Part shown: in pieces, positions 1 to 10,238 of the stretch | Position numbering within the stretch: position 1 is the first letter of the stretch | Layout of the letters: each line of letters begins with the position of its first letter | Origin: an uncultured Parvularcula sp. | GTDB taxonomy: Bacteria; Pseudomonadota; Alphaproteobacteria; Caulobacterales; Parvularculaceae | Assembly: GCA_963922235.1 (NCBI GenBank) | Contig: CAWUIJ010000001.1 | Location: 1 to 54,456, forward strand | DNA: 54,456 nucleotides | Direction of reading: 5' to 3' | The notes under the pieces: model-generated | Databases searched by the model: none | What the model was told of the DNA's origin: nothing | The model's input: the letters and a program-made list of their open reading frames with translations, nothing else | Made by a program: the position numbers and the translations under genes

Positions 1-2
1 AG

Positions 3-1010
3 GAGCGTGCGCTCCGGCTCGACCGGTTCTTGTCTGAGCCCGACCTTGTGGTTTGTGCTACGGTGGCGTTCGGTATGGGGATCGATAAGCCCGATATTCG
101 CTATGTGATTCACCGGGATCTCCCGTCGTCGCCAGAGGCCTATTACCAAGAGATTGGTCGCGCTGGCCGGGACGGAAGGCCAGCAGAGGCGATCATGCTT
201 TATGGCGCTGCTGATATTATGTTCCGTCGCCGGATGATCGACGAGGGGGGTGCGCCGGACGAGGTCAAACGGCACGAACGCAAGAAGCTCGATATCTTGG
301 CAAGCTATTGCGAGGCCCTGACCTGCCGCCGGACGATGCTTCTTTCCTATTTCGGGGAGATGGGAAGTGAGCCCTGCGGCAACTGCGATATCTGCATCAA
401 CCCTCCCAAGACGGAGGATGCAACGGGCGATGCCAAGCTGTTCCTCGAGGCGGCCGCCGATACCGGCGAGGTCTACGGTCAGGCCCATCTCATCGATGTC
501 TTGCGCGGGTCAGAGAGCGAGAAGGTGCTGAAGGCCCGTCACGATGACCTCAGGGTCTTTGGCCGTGGCCGTGAGCGCCCAGCCAAATCCTGGCGCAGCC
601 TGGTGGGACAATTGTTCGCCCAAGGATTGATCCGGATGGAGGGAGAGTACCGCTCCATCGTTGTGACGGACGAAGGGCGGGCGTTTCTCACGTCTAAGTC
701 TGGCGACACTCTGCAGATGGCCCAAAGCCGCGATGTCAAAAAGTCCTACAAACGTCAGCCCATTGAGGTGCCCGCCGATTTTGACGAAGCGCTGCTCAGC
801 CGGCTGAAGTCCAAACGGCTTGAGCTCGCGCAAGCCAAGGGTGCGCCCGCTTACACAATTTTTTCTGATCGTACGCTGATTGATATGGCGGTGCGTCAGC
901 CTTCATCGAAAGAAGAATTTCTCGGTGTCTATGGCGTCGGTCTGCGCAAGGCCGAGATTTACGGCGAGGTCTTTCTCGACATTATCAAGGGCAACGAGCT
1001 TAGTCGTTGA
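3..1010 (+). CDS. recQ: ATP-dependent DNA helicase RecQ (5'-truncated by window edge)
   Basis: [15 protein letters not shown] and [12 protein letters not shown] helicase motifs, Zn-binding CRR...CGNCDIC, RQC and HRDC ([11 protein letters not shown]) domains; frame is open back to the window start. Confidence 0.96.
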   Translation, partial: ERALRLDRFLSEPDLVVCATVAFGMGIDKPDIRYVIHRDLPSSPEAYYQEIGRAGRDGRPAEAIMLYGAADIMFRRRMIDEGGAPDEVKRHERKKLDILASYCEALTCRRTMLLSYFGEMGSEPCGNCDICINPPKTEDATGDAKLFLEAAADTGEVYGQAHLIDVLRGSESEKVLKARHDDLRVFGRGRERPAKSWRSLVGQLFAQGLIRMEGEYRSIVVTDEGRAFLTSKSGDTLQMAQSRDVKKSYKRQPIEVPADFDEALLSRLKSKRLELAQAKGAPAYTIFSDRTLIDMAVRQPSSKEEFLGVYGVGLRKAEIYGEVFLDIIKGNELSR

Positions 1011-1461
1011 GCACCAATGCCCATGTCATGGCTAAGGTCATGTAGATGCCAAAGATTGCGATATAGGTGGCCGGGACGTTTCCTAGGAAAATGAACGCTG
1101 AGGCCGTCAGCAGTGCACCAATAATCGTTGTAGAGATCGCATAACCGATAAGCCTCGAGCGGTTCCGCTTCGCTGGTGTCAGTCCCACCAAAAACGAGCC
1201 CACCAGAATTCCAAAGACTTCGGAAAACATCACGAAGACGCTGATCAACGCGATCAAGCCAAGAACGATCAGGCCAAACCCGATAGCCACGAGGTAGAGT
1301 TGCGAAGAAAGAGCGGCGTATTCGGGACTCAGCTGCCCACCGGTCGCGGCCGTCTCAAGAGCATTCACTTGCTCCGAAAATTGCGTCACGACCCCGATCA
1401 CCGCAGCAATCGATCCGAGTGCAGATATAACTGCGAGAACTGTACGAGAAAATCGGTCCAT
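1000..1461 (-). CDS. Hypothetical membrane protein (about 4 hydrophobic segments)
   Basis: 153-aa ORF, GGGAG RBS, hydrophobic helices, no recognised family. Confidence 0.7.
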   Translation of the reverse strand: MDRFSRTVLAVISALGSIAAVIGVVTQFSEQVNALETAATGGQLSPEYAALSSQLYLVAIGFGLIVLGLIALISVFVMFSEVFGILVGSFLVGLTPAKRNRSRLIGYAISTTIIGALLTASAFIFLGNVPATYIAIFGIYMTLAMTWALVLND

Positions 1462-1490
1462 GTTCTCCCAGTCGCCCCCTAAGGACCTAT

Positions 1491-1781
1491 CTACTTTTGC
1501 CCACCCAGGAGCTTACGGATCAGCCAAATCGGGATCACGATAATCGCCCCCGTGATGATCAACGTTGCGATGAGGGTGAGCCCCTCCATGCCTGATCCAA
1601 ACAGCTCCACAATGCCTTGGTTCAGCCAATGCCAGGCGCCTTTCCAAAGCTTGATGGGATCGATCCGGAGGATCGTCAGGACCGCCCCTACAATCAAACT
1701 GATGATCGCAAGGCGGATCGCGGTCTGCGCTGCAGATTTGGCGCCGGCGCGGCGGCTCTCTTGGGTCGTCTCGTCGGTCAT
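1491..1781 (-). CDS. Small membrane protein, DUF6460-like
   Basis: RLAIISLIVGAVL...IDP...GAIIVIPIWLI pattern typical of this alphaproteobacterial family. Confidence 0.7.
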   Translation of the reverse strand: MTDETTQESRRAGAKSAAQTAIRLAIISLIVGAVLTILRIDPIKLWKGAWHWLNQGIVELFGSGMEGLTLIATLIITGAIIVIPIWLIRKLLGGQK

Positions 1782-1885
1782 AGGGACAGAGTTAATGGGT
1801 ATCAGAGCCGTTGGGAAGGTCTCGAGGTTTTTGTTTCTTCGCGTTTTCGAACCGCCAAACCGGCCCCACTTTGGCTGAAAACGCT

Positions 1886-2992
1886 TTAGCTAGGAAACGA
1901 GCCCACCTGAGCACGATGCCTGAGAGCGTGATCGCACAGGACAAGGGCAACCATCGCTTCGGCCACGGGGACGCCTCGTATCGCGACGCAAGGATCATGG
2001 CGGCCCTTGGTCACGACGTCGGTGTCGACGCCTGCTGAGGTCACTGTCTTGCGCGGTGTGAGGATTGAGCTTGTCGGCTTAATCGCTAACCGCGCCACGA
2101 TCGGCTGGCCCGTTGAGATCCCGCCGAGAATTCCCCCTGCGTGGTTGGAGAGGAACTCCACCTCGCCATCCTGACCCATCCGCATCTCATCCGCATTGCC
2201 CACACCGGAAAGACGCGCAGCTGCCATGCCGTCGCCGATCTCGACGGCCTTAGCGGCGTTGATCGTCATCAGGCCTGCTGCGAGGTCGCTATCGAGCTTA
2301 ACGTAGATCGGCGCCCCGAGGCCTGCAGGCAGACCTGTGGCTTCGATCTCGATGAGGCCGCCCAGGCTGTCCCCATCTTTGCGCGCTTGATCGAGAATGC
2401 CTTCCCAGGCCTTGGCCGCCTCAGCATCAGGGCAGAAGAAGGGGTTGTTGTCGGTCTCGTCCCAGTTCCGAGCCTCGGCATCATGCGGGCCCATGGCGAT
2501 CAAGCCCCCCTTGATCGAGACGGCACCAAAGAGATCATCGAGCACCATCTGCGCGACGGCTCCAGCGGCGACCCGCGCCGCTGTCTCCCGCGCTGAGGAA
2601 CGACCGCCGCCGCGATAGTCCCGGATCCCGTATTTCTGGTCATAAGTGAAATCAGCATGGCCGGGACGGTACTTATCGCGGATCTCGGAATAGTCCTTCG
2701 AGCGCTGATCGGTGTTGCGGATCATCAGGCTAATCGGCGTTCCCGTCGTGCGCAGACCGTCGGTTCGTTCGTCTTCGAAGACCCCCGACAGGACCTCGAC
2801 CTGATCGGCCTCTTTCCTCTGGGTGACAAAGCGCGACTGGCCTGGACGGCGGCGATCGAGCGCTGATTGGACCTGCGCAAGATCAAACGCGATGCCCGGC
2901 GGGCACCCATCAATCACGCAGCCAAGAGCGGGCCCGTGGCTCTCGCCCCAGGTGGTCACGCGGAAAAGATGGCCAAAAGAATTATGCGACAT
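1886..2992 (-). CDS. aroC: Chorismate synthase
   Basis: [29 protein letters not shown] signatures. Confidence 0.99.
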   Translation of the reverse strand: MSHNSFGHLFRVTTWGESHGPALGCVIDGCPPGIAFDLAQVQSALDRRRPGQSRFVTQRKEADQVEVLSGVFEDERTDGLRTTGTPISLMIRNTDQRSKDYSEIRDKYRPGHADFTYDQKYGIRDYRGGGRSSARETAARVAAGAVAQMVLDDLFGAVSIKGGLIAMGPHDAEARNWDETDNNPFFCPDAEAAKAWEGILDQARKDGDSLGGLIEIEATGLPAGLGAPIYVKLDSDLAAGLMTINAAKAVEIGDGMAAARLSGVGNADEMRMGQDGEVEFLSNHAGGILGGISTGQPIVARLAIKPTSSILTPRKTVTSAGVDTDVVTKGRHDPCVAIRGVPVAEAMVALVLCDHALRHRAQVGSFPS

Positions 2993-3062
2993 CCGAGGTT
3001 CTTAGCCGCGACACACCAAGGAATGGTAGCGGTCCTTCGTTTCTGAGCGTATTGAATGGCCT

Positions 3063-3746
3063 ATGAGTGACGAGCTGATCCCCGAGACCCCGACCGCTGA
3101 AGAGTATGAGGCCGAGAAAAAGGCCCAGGAAGCCTTTGGCGTGGAAGCGGACCAGGGCGACGTGTTCGGCGACGAAGCTGATCCCATGGAGCTCTTCAAG
3201 ACATGGCTCGCCCTCGCCAAAGAGCATGAGATCAATGATCCCAACGCCATGGCAGTGGCCTCTGTCGATGATGCCGGCATGCCCGACGTCCGGATGGTCC
3301 TCCTCAAAGATGTCGGCCCGGGCTTTTCCTTCTACACCAACATGGAAAGCGCGAAGGGCGATCAACTGAAGCGCAATCCTGCGTCGTCAATCTGCTTCCA
3401 TTGGAAGTCGATCCGGCGTCAGGTTCGCGTTCGCGGTCTTGCCGAGGTGATTTCCGATGAAAAGTCGGATGCCTATTTCGCCCGCCGTGACCGCGGCGCG
3501 CGCATCGGCGCCTGGGCCAGCCAGCAGTCCCGTGTTCTCGACGAGCCGGATATCCTCACCCAGCGCATCGCGGACTACGAAGATCTTTATAAAGATCAAG
3601 ACGTCCCCCGGCCGCCTGTGTGGCAGGGCTTTGTCATCATGCCCGAGCAAATCGAGTTTTGGGTCAACCGACCTTTCCGGCTGCACGAACGGAAACGTTT
3701 CACCCGAACCGAAGACGGTTGGACAACGGATTTTCTCTATCCGTAA
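3063..3746 (+). CDS. pdxH: Pyridoxine/pyridoxamine 5'-phosphate oxidase
   Basis: RMVLLK, FYTNMESAKG, RQVRV, IEFW...RLHER motifs. Confidence 0.97.
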   Translation: MSDELIPETPTAEEYEAEKKAQEAFGVEADQGDVFGDEADPMELFKTWLALAKEHEINDPNAMAVASVDDAGMPDVRMVLLKDVGPGFSFYTNMESAKGDQLKRNPASSICFHWKSIRRQVRVRGLAEVISDEKSDAYFARRDRGARIGAWASQQSRVLDEPDILTQRIADYEDLYKDQDVPRPPVWQGFVIMPEQIEFWVNRPFRLHERKRFTRTEDGWTTDFLYP

Positions 3747-3938
3747 GTTTGCCGTTGACAAGTCAAGGACGACGAAGCGCCTCCACAGTTGATAGGGAGG
3801 CGATCTCGAGCTCTTTATGCTGGGCAACTCAATGCGTTGGGGGGCGCGGCAAAAACTGAATAGTCGAAACTGCGCGCTGTCACTTAAGAACCTCGCAAAG
3901 TATGGCGGGATGCCAGGATTGCTTAGGGAAAGCGCAAA

Positions 3939-5150
3939 ATGGATAGAGAGTTTGATATCATCGTTTGGGGTGCGACCGGTTACACCGGCCGCCGCATCGT
4001 CAAGGACCTGGTGACGTCCTACATTGCTAAGGATGATCTGAAGGTCGCGGTTGCGGGCCGATCGATCGAAAAGCTCCGCCAGGTCTGTGTTGAAGCGGGC
4101 GCCCCTGATATGCCAATGATTGTCGCGGACAGCGCCGACAAATCGGCTGTTGATGCTTTGGCAAAGCGCGCGAAGGTGATCATTGCTGCCGCGGGCCCCT
4201 ATGCGCTCTTTGGTACCAGCATGGTCGCTGCCTGCGCAGATGCGGGTACGGACTATGTCGACCTGACCGGTGAAAAGGTGTGGGTCCGCGAGATGATTGA
4301 CAGGCATGAGGAGACCGCTCGGGCCTCCGGTGCGCGAATCGTCCACGCCTGCGGATTTGATTGCATCCCCTTTGATTACGGCGTGATGTACACTCAAAAG
4401 CTCGCGCAGGAGGCGTTTGGTGCGCCGGCACAGGAAGTGTTGGGCCGGATCAAGCGAATGAAGGTCGCTCCATCTGGCGGCTCAGTAGCAACCGCTTTCG
4501 AGTTGGTTGGCGGTGCCGCCAAGGACGAGAAGATCCGTTCTCTGATGAAGGATCCCTTTGTGCTCGCGCCTGATTCGGATGCTCAACGAGCGGAGCAACC
4601 CGATGCCGACACGCCGCGCTTTGATCCGGAAATCGGAAAGTGGGCTGTGTCCTTTGCCATGTCTCCCATGAACATGGCGATCGTGCATCGCTCGAACATG
4701 ATGATGGGTTATCCATACGGACAAGATTTCAAGTACAATGAGATGTTCACTGTGAAGAAGCGTGGGCAAGCAAGGATACGGCATATCGTGCAAGAGATCG
4801 CGATACCGATGCTGGCCTTTCCTCCCATCAAGGCGCTGCTCAAGAACTTCGTTCTGCCTAAGCAAGGTGAAGGCGGATCAGAGGCTGAGTTGGACAAAGG
4901 CCACTTTGAACTCTGGTTTGTGGCAAGAGGCCCGGGCGGAAAGTTCATCCACACCAGTGTCTCAGGCGACACGGATCCTGGCTATGTCGGGACACCGCTG
5001 ATGATCATCGAATCGGCCGTCAGCCTGCTGAAAGAGACAACGCGCGATGTCACGCCGGGCGGGATCTATTCTCCAGCCGCTGCGTTCAAAGAGCCTTTCT
5101 TTGAGCGTCTCAAGGCAGGCGTTGACATGCGGTTCCAGCAATTGAGCTAG
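3939..5150 (+). CDS. Saccharopine dehydrogenase-like / trans-acting enoyl reductase family oxidoreductase
   Basis: GATGYTG Rossmann motif, AGPY, YVDLTGE, CGFDCIPFD, DPGY. Confidence 0.88.
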   Translation: MDREFDIIVWGATGYTGRRIVKDLVTSYIAKDDLKVAVAGRSIEKLRQVCVEAGAPDMPMIVADSADKSAVDALAKRAKVIIAAAGPYALFGTSMVAACADAGTDYVDLTGEKVWVREMIDRHEETARASGARIVHACGFDCIPFDYGVMYTQKLAQEAFGAPAQEVLGRIKRMKVAPSGGSVATAFELVGGAAKDEKIRSLMKDPFVLAPDSDAQRAEQPDADTPRFDPEIGKWAVSFAMSPMNMAIVHRSNMMMGYPYGQDFKYNEMFTVKKRGQARIRHIVQEIAIPMLAFPPIKALLKNFVLPKQGEGGSEAELDKGHFELWFVARGPGGKFIHTSVSGDTDPGYVGTPLMIIESAVSLLKETTRDVTPGGIYSPAAAFKEPFFERLKAGVDMRFQQLS

Positions 5151-5187
5151 ACCTCTCAGCACTGAGCCATTGAACCAACACCTACGA

Positions 5188-6543
5188 TTAAAACGAGTAG
5201 GTGGCCTGGACGTATCCGAAGAGCGTGCGATCGCCCTCGGGTCCGTCCGGGACAGTCTTGGTGAACTCGCCAAACAAAAACGCTGATGCGCCCAGTTCAA
5301 AGACGATAGGCTTGTCCTGCGGGAGATACCGCACGCGGCTGTCGAGGGTATGCCCCATAAAGGTGCCAGACTGACCAGTCGGGTCCCGAAGGCGGGCGAT
5401 CTGGAACTGATCCGTGCTCGATGCGAGAAAGGCCGCGGAATAGGCAAGCCGCGCATCGAAGCGCTTGCTCGGTGTCACCTCGATCCGCGCGCCGGGCGCA
5501 TTCATGTTTGAATAGGTGAGCGGACCGTGAAGCGAGGTGTTGTTCAGGTCGGTGCGCCGTGAGCCAAAAAGCCGCTCATAGGTCCCAAACTGATCATCAC
5601 TCGGATCATCATCGCCGCTCGCATAATACCATTCTGCGGCGAGACGCGGCTTCCAAGGGGCATCCCATGTGTAGCCAAGGATCGCGATGACGCGCTGTGC
5701 CCAGACGTCAAGGTCCTCGTCATCCTCGCGATTGCTGGTCGCATGACGGGTTCCAAAACGCACCGAAGGCTCAAGGTCGATATCCCATTGGCCCGCTTTC
5801 TTAGGGCGATAAATCCTGAAGCCGGGGAAGAGGATCTCGCGGTTTGGGGTTTCGAATTCGTCGCCATCGTCTTCGTAGAGACCATAGACGAAGCCTTCGA
5901 CCCAAAGGTCGCTCACCAGTTTTGGAACAGCGTCCTTCCGGCGATAGTGGATGCCGCCGAGATAGCGTTTCCATTGCTCATCATCAGGATCAAATTCGTT
6001 CTTCGCAGCGCTGTCCCGATCGCCGGGCTCGCGATTGACCGGAACGACCGCCAGGAGGTGCAAGAGGTCTCCGCGCGCGCTGGTGCTGGTGTGATGAACC
6101 CCCGTGAACGAACGAATCACATTCGCATAGCTGACGCGCTCGACCTGGCGTTTGGAGCTGATACTGACGGTCTGGCGGCCGACCACCGTTCCGCCCTTGG
6201 AGCCTTGGCCTAAAAGGCCGCCCGTATCGAACCGGACATAGGCACCAATCAGATCCGACGCGTTGACGAAACCGCCTGACAGCGGGGTGCCTTCGTCATC
6301 GAGGAATGCGCGGCTGTCTTGGATTTCAAAGCCAAGGGCGATGGGTCCTGTATCAGCTTCCAGCTTGAACAGCGCACGGGTGAAGAGGGCCTGATCACTT
6401 CCCTGAAAACCTCGGCGAAATTGCCCGTCGAGCGTTTCATAACGCGCCCGCAGTTCTCCATCGACAAGGATGTCTGTCTCAGCAGCAGCGGCCGTGACCA
6501 ATGACAAAGCCATCAGCCCAGTGATCACCAGCCATTTCAGCAT
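5188..6543 (-). CDS. Alginate-export-family outer-membrane beta-barrel
   Basis: Signal peptide, GELRARYE start, GRQ motif, YASGDDDP, C-terminal YVQATYSF BAM signal. Confidence 0.8.
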   Translation of the reverse strand: MLKWLVITGLMALSLVTAAAAETDILVDGELRARYETLDGQFRRGFQGSDQALFTRALFKLEADTGPIALGFEIQDSRAFLDDEGTPLSGGFVNASDLIGAYVRFDTGGLLGQGSKGGTVVGRQTVSISSKRQVERVSYANVIRSFTGVHHTSTSARGDLLHLLAVVPVNREPGDRDSAAKNEFDPDDEQWKRYLGGIHYRRKDAVPKLVSDLWVEGFVYGLYEDDGDEFETPNREILFPGFRIYRPKKAGQWDIDLEPSVRFGTRHATSNREDDEDLDVWAQRVIAILGYTWDAPWKPRLAAEWYYASGDDDPSDDQFGTYERLFGSRRTDLNNTSLHGPLTYSNMNAPGARIEVTPSKRFDARLAYSAAFLASSTDQFQIARLRDPTGQSGTFMGHTLDSRVRYLPQDKPIVFELGASAFLFGEFTKTVPDGPEGDRTLFGYVQATYSF

Positions 6544-6626
6544 GCCTCGGACCCCGAATTCCCCAAGGGAGGCCTAGCTGATCGTTCTTATAATTCAATA
6601 TATGCCGAACCATTGAAATGAAACTG

Positions 6627-6758
6627 TCACACTGGAAGCTGCCTTCGAGCACCACGTCGCGATCTTGGGCGATCGCAACGGTTATTGGCCGCGAGCGCTG
6701 GCGATGGGGCAATGGGCGAGAAGGCCAAGAAGGCGGCGGCGAGAAGAGATTGGTTAAT
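6627..6758 (-). pseudogene. Possible decayed 5' fragment of an exported-protein gene
   Basis: GGGGGA RBS followed by ATT in place of ATG, then NQSLLAAAFLAFSPIAPSPALAA (signal-peptide-like); frame degenerates soon after. Confidence 0.3.
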
Positions 6759-6923
6759 GGGGGATCCCCCTGAGCTGGCTCACCTCAGTTTTCGCTTAGG
6801 AAGCTATCCTGGTGACAGAGGGTCGGGCGAGCGGTAACCGAAATCAATGTGTCCATCGATTCCGCACCGCGATTGATATTTTGATTTTTCAAATCAAGTT
6901 ACCGAAAATCTTATTAGAGTGCC

Positions 6924-7469
6924 TTATGTCCAAGGACGTTCGATAAGATTGTTGAGATCAGATTCTGGATCTTTCAAAATGTATGTTCCTACGGCTTTTT
7001 TACTTGACACAACTTGGTAAAGAGCATTCATCGATCCCATCAGCGCTTCGGTAGCTGAAGCGCCATACCATAAATAAAAATTCGCGCTGGCATTGCTAAG
7101 CTGAACATAAAATCCACATCCGCCATGTTTTCGAATAGCTCGAATTAGTGTAGAGCGATCCCGCAAAAAATATGTTCTATTTAGAGTACCAATACCTACA
7201 CCAAGAGCTTTTTCGATTGAAGTCAACTTTTCTTCAGACGCAAGTTCATCATCACTAGCAGCCCAATTGATGGTATCTCCTAATCCTGTCCCCAAGGTCC
7301 AGGCACTGATTATTTGACTAACAACTGGGAGATTTCCTAGGACATTGTTAATTGTCTTAACGATTTCCGACTGGTTGCGATCAATTCTTTCAAGCTCAAC
7401 CGGATTAATCAACGTCTGACGATTATCTCTGAGGCGAACCATTACTATATAATCCAAATAATCCAACAA
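6924..7469 (-). CDS. AT-rich hypothetical protein (start may be ATG at 7442)
   Basis: 181-aa ORF in AT-rich DNA (7141-7200 is 22/60 GC), where a chance ORF this long is unlikely. Confidence 0.7.
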   Translation of the reverse strand: MLDYLDYIVMVRLRDNRQTLINPVELERIDRNQSEIVKTINNVLGNLPVVSQIISAWTLGTGLGDTINWAASDDELASEEKLTSIEKALGVGIGTLNRTYFLRDRSTLIRAIRKHGGCGFYVQLSNASANFYLWYGASATEALMGSMNALYQVVSSKKAVGTYILKDPESDLNNLIERPWT

Positions 7470-7630
7470 CTATAAGCAGGTTATTACATTTACTCACCAA
7501 CATTCGCAAACCTTAAGTGCAGCACGCAACTGGTGACTGTGATATCGGAAGATGCAATTGGCACGGCCGTGGGCGACGCGGACGACGTGAGGGACTATGA
7601 GATGCTCACCCAAGCCAAGGAGATGACGAG

Positions 7631-8071
7631 ATGCGGTACCTACACACGATGATCCGGGTGGCTGACCTGCCCGCAGCTCTCGAATTCTTCTGCGACGGTT
7701 TGGGCCTTATCGAGGTGCAGCGTTACGAGAGTGAGGAGGGGCGCTTTTCCCTCATCTATCTTGCTGCCCCCGATGATCTGGGTGCTGTCAGTGAGCATCA
7801 AGCGCCGCTATTGGAGCTGACCTATAACTGGGATCCGGAAGAGTACACAGGCGGCCGCAATTTCGGTCACCTCGCTTACCGTGTGAAGAACATTTACGAG
7901 ACCTGCCAGCACCTGATGGATCGCGGCGTGACGATCAATCGCCCGCCGCGTGATGGCCATATGGCCTTTGTGAGAAGCCCTGACGGGATTTCCATCGAGT
8001 TCCTCCAAGAGGGCGAGCGTCTCGCTCCGCAGGAGCCTTGGGCCTCAATGGAGAACATAGGCTCTTGGTAA
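7631..8071 (+). CDS. gloA: Lactoylglutathione lyase (glyoxalase I, VOC family)
   Basis: [33 protein letters not shown]; AAGGAG RBS. Confidence 0.92.
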   Translation: MRYLHTMIRVADLPAALEFFCDGLGLIEVQRYESEEGRFSLIYLAAPDDLGAVSEHQAPLLELTYNWDPEEYTGGRNFGHLAYRVKNIYETCQHLMDRGVTINRPPRDGHMAFVRSPDGISIEFLQEGERLAPQEPWASMENIGSW

Positions 8072-8084
8072 ACTCGTCTCCGAG

Positions 8085-8900
8085 TTAAAGATCCGGCAGC
8101 CACATGAAGCTGATAGCGCCAAAGACTCCGACCACGGTGAGGGCTGTCATCGCAATCACATAGAGGCCAGTGGCGATTTTCGTCCCAGCGCTGCGTGATC
8201 GTTTTCCCGCTTGATAAATCTCGAGGCTGATCACCGGCAGAAAATAAGCAGTGCAAGCCACAAGGATATCGCCCCATCCTGAGAGTGTGGCGTTCATCCC
8301 GCGCGGGCCTTGGTTGAGGACGACCCAGGCCATGATGCTGAGCCGAAAGAACCACACGCCATTCGCCACCATAAAGGTGCGCATCGCCCACCGCTCATGG
8401 ATCGCGATCTTCCTAGCCACCGCATAGCGGAAGGTCAGCGCACCGAAGACGATGATCATAAGGCCGTTGATCGACGTGATCGATCCAGAAACCACGTGAA
8501 GGTTGGCGCCGCGGAACCAGGTCATGCCGATCCCGGTGAACGAGAGGATCATCGCCGTGGTCAGAAACATCCGGCCGTTCCAGCGGTGCAGCGTCGGCGC
8601 GTTTCGCCGCAAAACCGGGATCAGCTGAAAGATCCCACCGAACGTCATAATGGCTGCGAGAAAGACATGCACCGCGAAGGAGACGTTCCCCCAAAAGTCG
8701 CCTTCGACAAATCCCATGATGAGCTGCTTGTCGTTCCAGGATGCATAATCCCCGCCGGCCGTTCGTGGACCGTAATAGGCGAGGATGAAGACGACGAAGG
8801 CCAATTGGCCGATCACCGCGACCAGGAACCAGAGCGTGCCTGTTCCCCTTAAGAACGCGTCAGCCCAGCGCGTGCTCGTCGTTTGGTTATTCGCCTGCAT
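8085..8900 (-). CDS. DUF2306-type membrane protein
   Basis: Multiple TM helices with HV, LHRWNGR and HERWAMR His motifs. Confidence 0.8.
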   Translation of the reverse strand: MQANNQTTSTRWADAFLRGTGTLWFLVAVIGQLAFVVFILAYYGPRTAGGDYASWNDKQLIMGFVEGDFWGNVSFAVHVFLAAIMTFGGIFQLIPVLRRNAPTLHRWNGRMFLTTAMILSFTGIGMTWFRGANLHVVSGSITSINGLMIIVFGALTFRYAVARKIAIHERWAMRTFMVANGVWFFRLSIMAWVVLNQGPRGMNATLSGWGDILVACTAYFLPVISLEIYQAGKRSRSAGTKIATGLYVIAMTALTVVGVFGAISFMWLPDL

Positions 8901-9047
8901 GAATCATCCCTTCGCCTTGGCATCCTTGAGGCAAGGGGTGGCGCGCGGCCGGCGAAGCGTCTTGCCGATTTGGCGATCGGCCAACGATTGAGAGAATTTT
9001 CCATCGATCTCATCGACCGGCGCGCAACCTGCAGGTACACTTCCCCT

Positions 9048-10106
9048 ATGAGCCAAAACGTCATCGCATCTCGGGTCACAGGCTTCGCTGATGTCCTTCG
9101 CTTGACCGGAAGCGAGGACATATGGGCGCGTCTTCAGCGACAGCCTAAGCCGTCGCCAGTGCTCCTTTACTGGGTGCTGTTTTCAGCCTCAGCGTCGATG
9201 GCGATCATCCACTTTTTCATCGAAGGCCATTGGGCAGCGCTGGAGACGGTCCTTGCCTTCGGCAGCTGTGTGACCTGCGGGTTTGGTTGGCTTCTCTCGC
9301 GTTCGCTCTTCCGGCCGGAGCCCCAATACGAAGCCTGGCCGATCGCGCTTGTCGCGGTTCTGTTCTTGATGGTCGCGACGCTTCAAACGGCCAACATGGT
9401 CGGCGTCGATGGCGGGCCACTGGTCAAGATCACGGGAAGTCTTGCATCTCTTTTGAGTTCCGCGGTCCTGGTCCTCACGTCGCTGGAAGCCATCGAGGGC
9501 GCCTCGCGCCGAACCACGGGTGATGAGCGCCGTTTCCAATTTGCGTTTCTCGCGGGCTATGGCGCTTTGCTCTCGGGCGGGGTGATCCTGTTCCGAAGTT
9601 CGCTCGATATCCCAGGGCTCGAAAACTGGAAGGACGCCGGCCAGACGTTCTGCGCAGGACTGGCTTTGATCGGCGCGGCGGCTGCAACGCGATATCGCCT
9701 CAAACACCCGCTGCTGAGCCCTGACAGTAGGCCCAAGCGTTCAACGCCGATGCATGATTTCGATCCGCTGCTCCGCGATCGAATCGCCGCTGCTATGGTT
9801 GGGCAGCGCGCCTTTCTCGAAGCGGATTTGAAAGTCGCAGACCTCGCCGCAAGGCTCGGTGCCCCTGAATACAAAGTCAGCCAATGCATCACCAGCGGCA
9901 TGGGCTTTGCGAACTTCAATCAGCTTCTGAACCATCACCGCATCGAAGAAGCCAAGCGGCGATTGAGCGATAGGGCAGAGAGCAAGGTTCCGATCCTGAC
10001 GATAGCTCTGGAAAGCGGCTTTGGTTCGGTTGGACCCTTCAACCGCGCATTCAAAGCGCGGGTGGGTATGACGCCAGGCGCGTTCCGATCGAGCGCGCTC
10101 TCTTAA
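9048..10106 (+). CDS. Membrane-anchored AraC-family transcriptional regulator
   Basis: About 6 N-terminal TM helices; C-terminal AraC HTH (LKVADLA...ILTIALESGFGSVGPFNRAFKARVGMTPGAFR); start uncertain. Confidence 0.9.
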   Translation: MSQNVIASRVTGFADVLRLTGSEDIWARLQRQPKPSPVLLYWVLFSASASMAIIHFFIEGHWAALETVLAFGSCVTCGFGWLLSRSLFRPEPQYEAWPIALVAVLFLMVATLQTANMVGVDGGPLVKITGSLASLLSSAVLVLTSLEAIEGASRRTTGDERRFQFAFLAGYGALLSGGVILFRSSLDIPGLENWKDAGQTFCAGLALIGAAAATRYRLKHPLLSPDSRPKRSTPMHDFDPLLRDRIAAAMVGQRAFLEADLKVADLAARLGAPEYKVSQCITSGMGFANFNQLLNHHRIEEAKRRLSDRAESKVPILTIALESGFGSVGPFNRAFKARVGMTPGAFRSSALS

Positions 10107-10159
10107 AGCCAAGCCCTTCAGGGCTTGCAAACCAACACTTTTCGCAGTAGCGGCCCGCT

Positions 10160-10238
10160 TTCAACTCCACAGGGCGGTGGACCTTCGGTGGCTCGTTTGA
10201 GCTTCCCCACCGCTCGACGCTTAACCGAAGGAGACATC
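10160..10238 (+). promoter_or_regulatory. Structured rpsB 5' leader (probable S2 autoregulatory element), downstream of a TTGCAA-N17-TAGCGG promoter at 10125
   Basis: Outer stem GGGCGGTGG/CCACCGCTC enclosing ACC-TTC-GGT and GCTC-GTTT-GAGC hairpins, then TTAACC-GAAGGAG RBS. Confidence 0.6.

Noticed and set aside
6613-6630. Pho-box-like TTGAAAT-GAAA-CTGTCAC
   Set aside because: The first half-site is poor and the orientation is opposite to the adjacent porin gene.
6881-6897. FNR/FixK box
   Set aside because: Spacing is TTGAT-N7-ATCAA, not the required N4.
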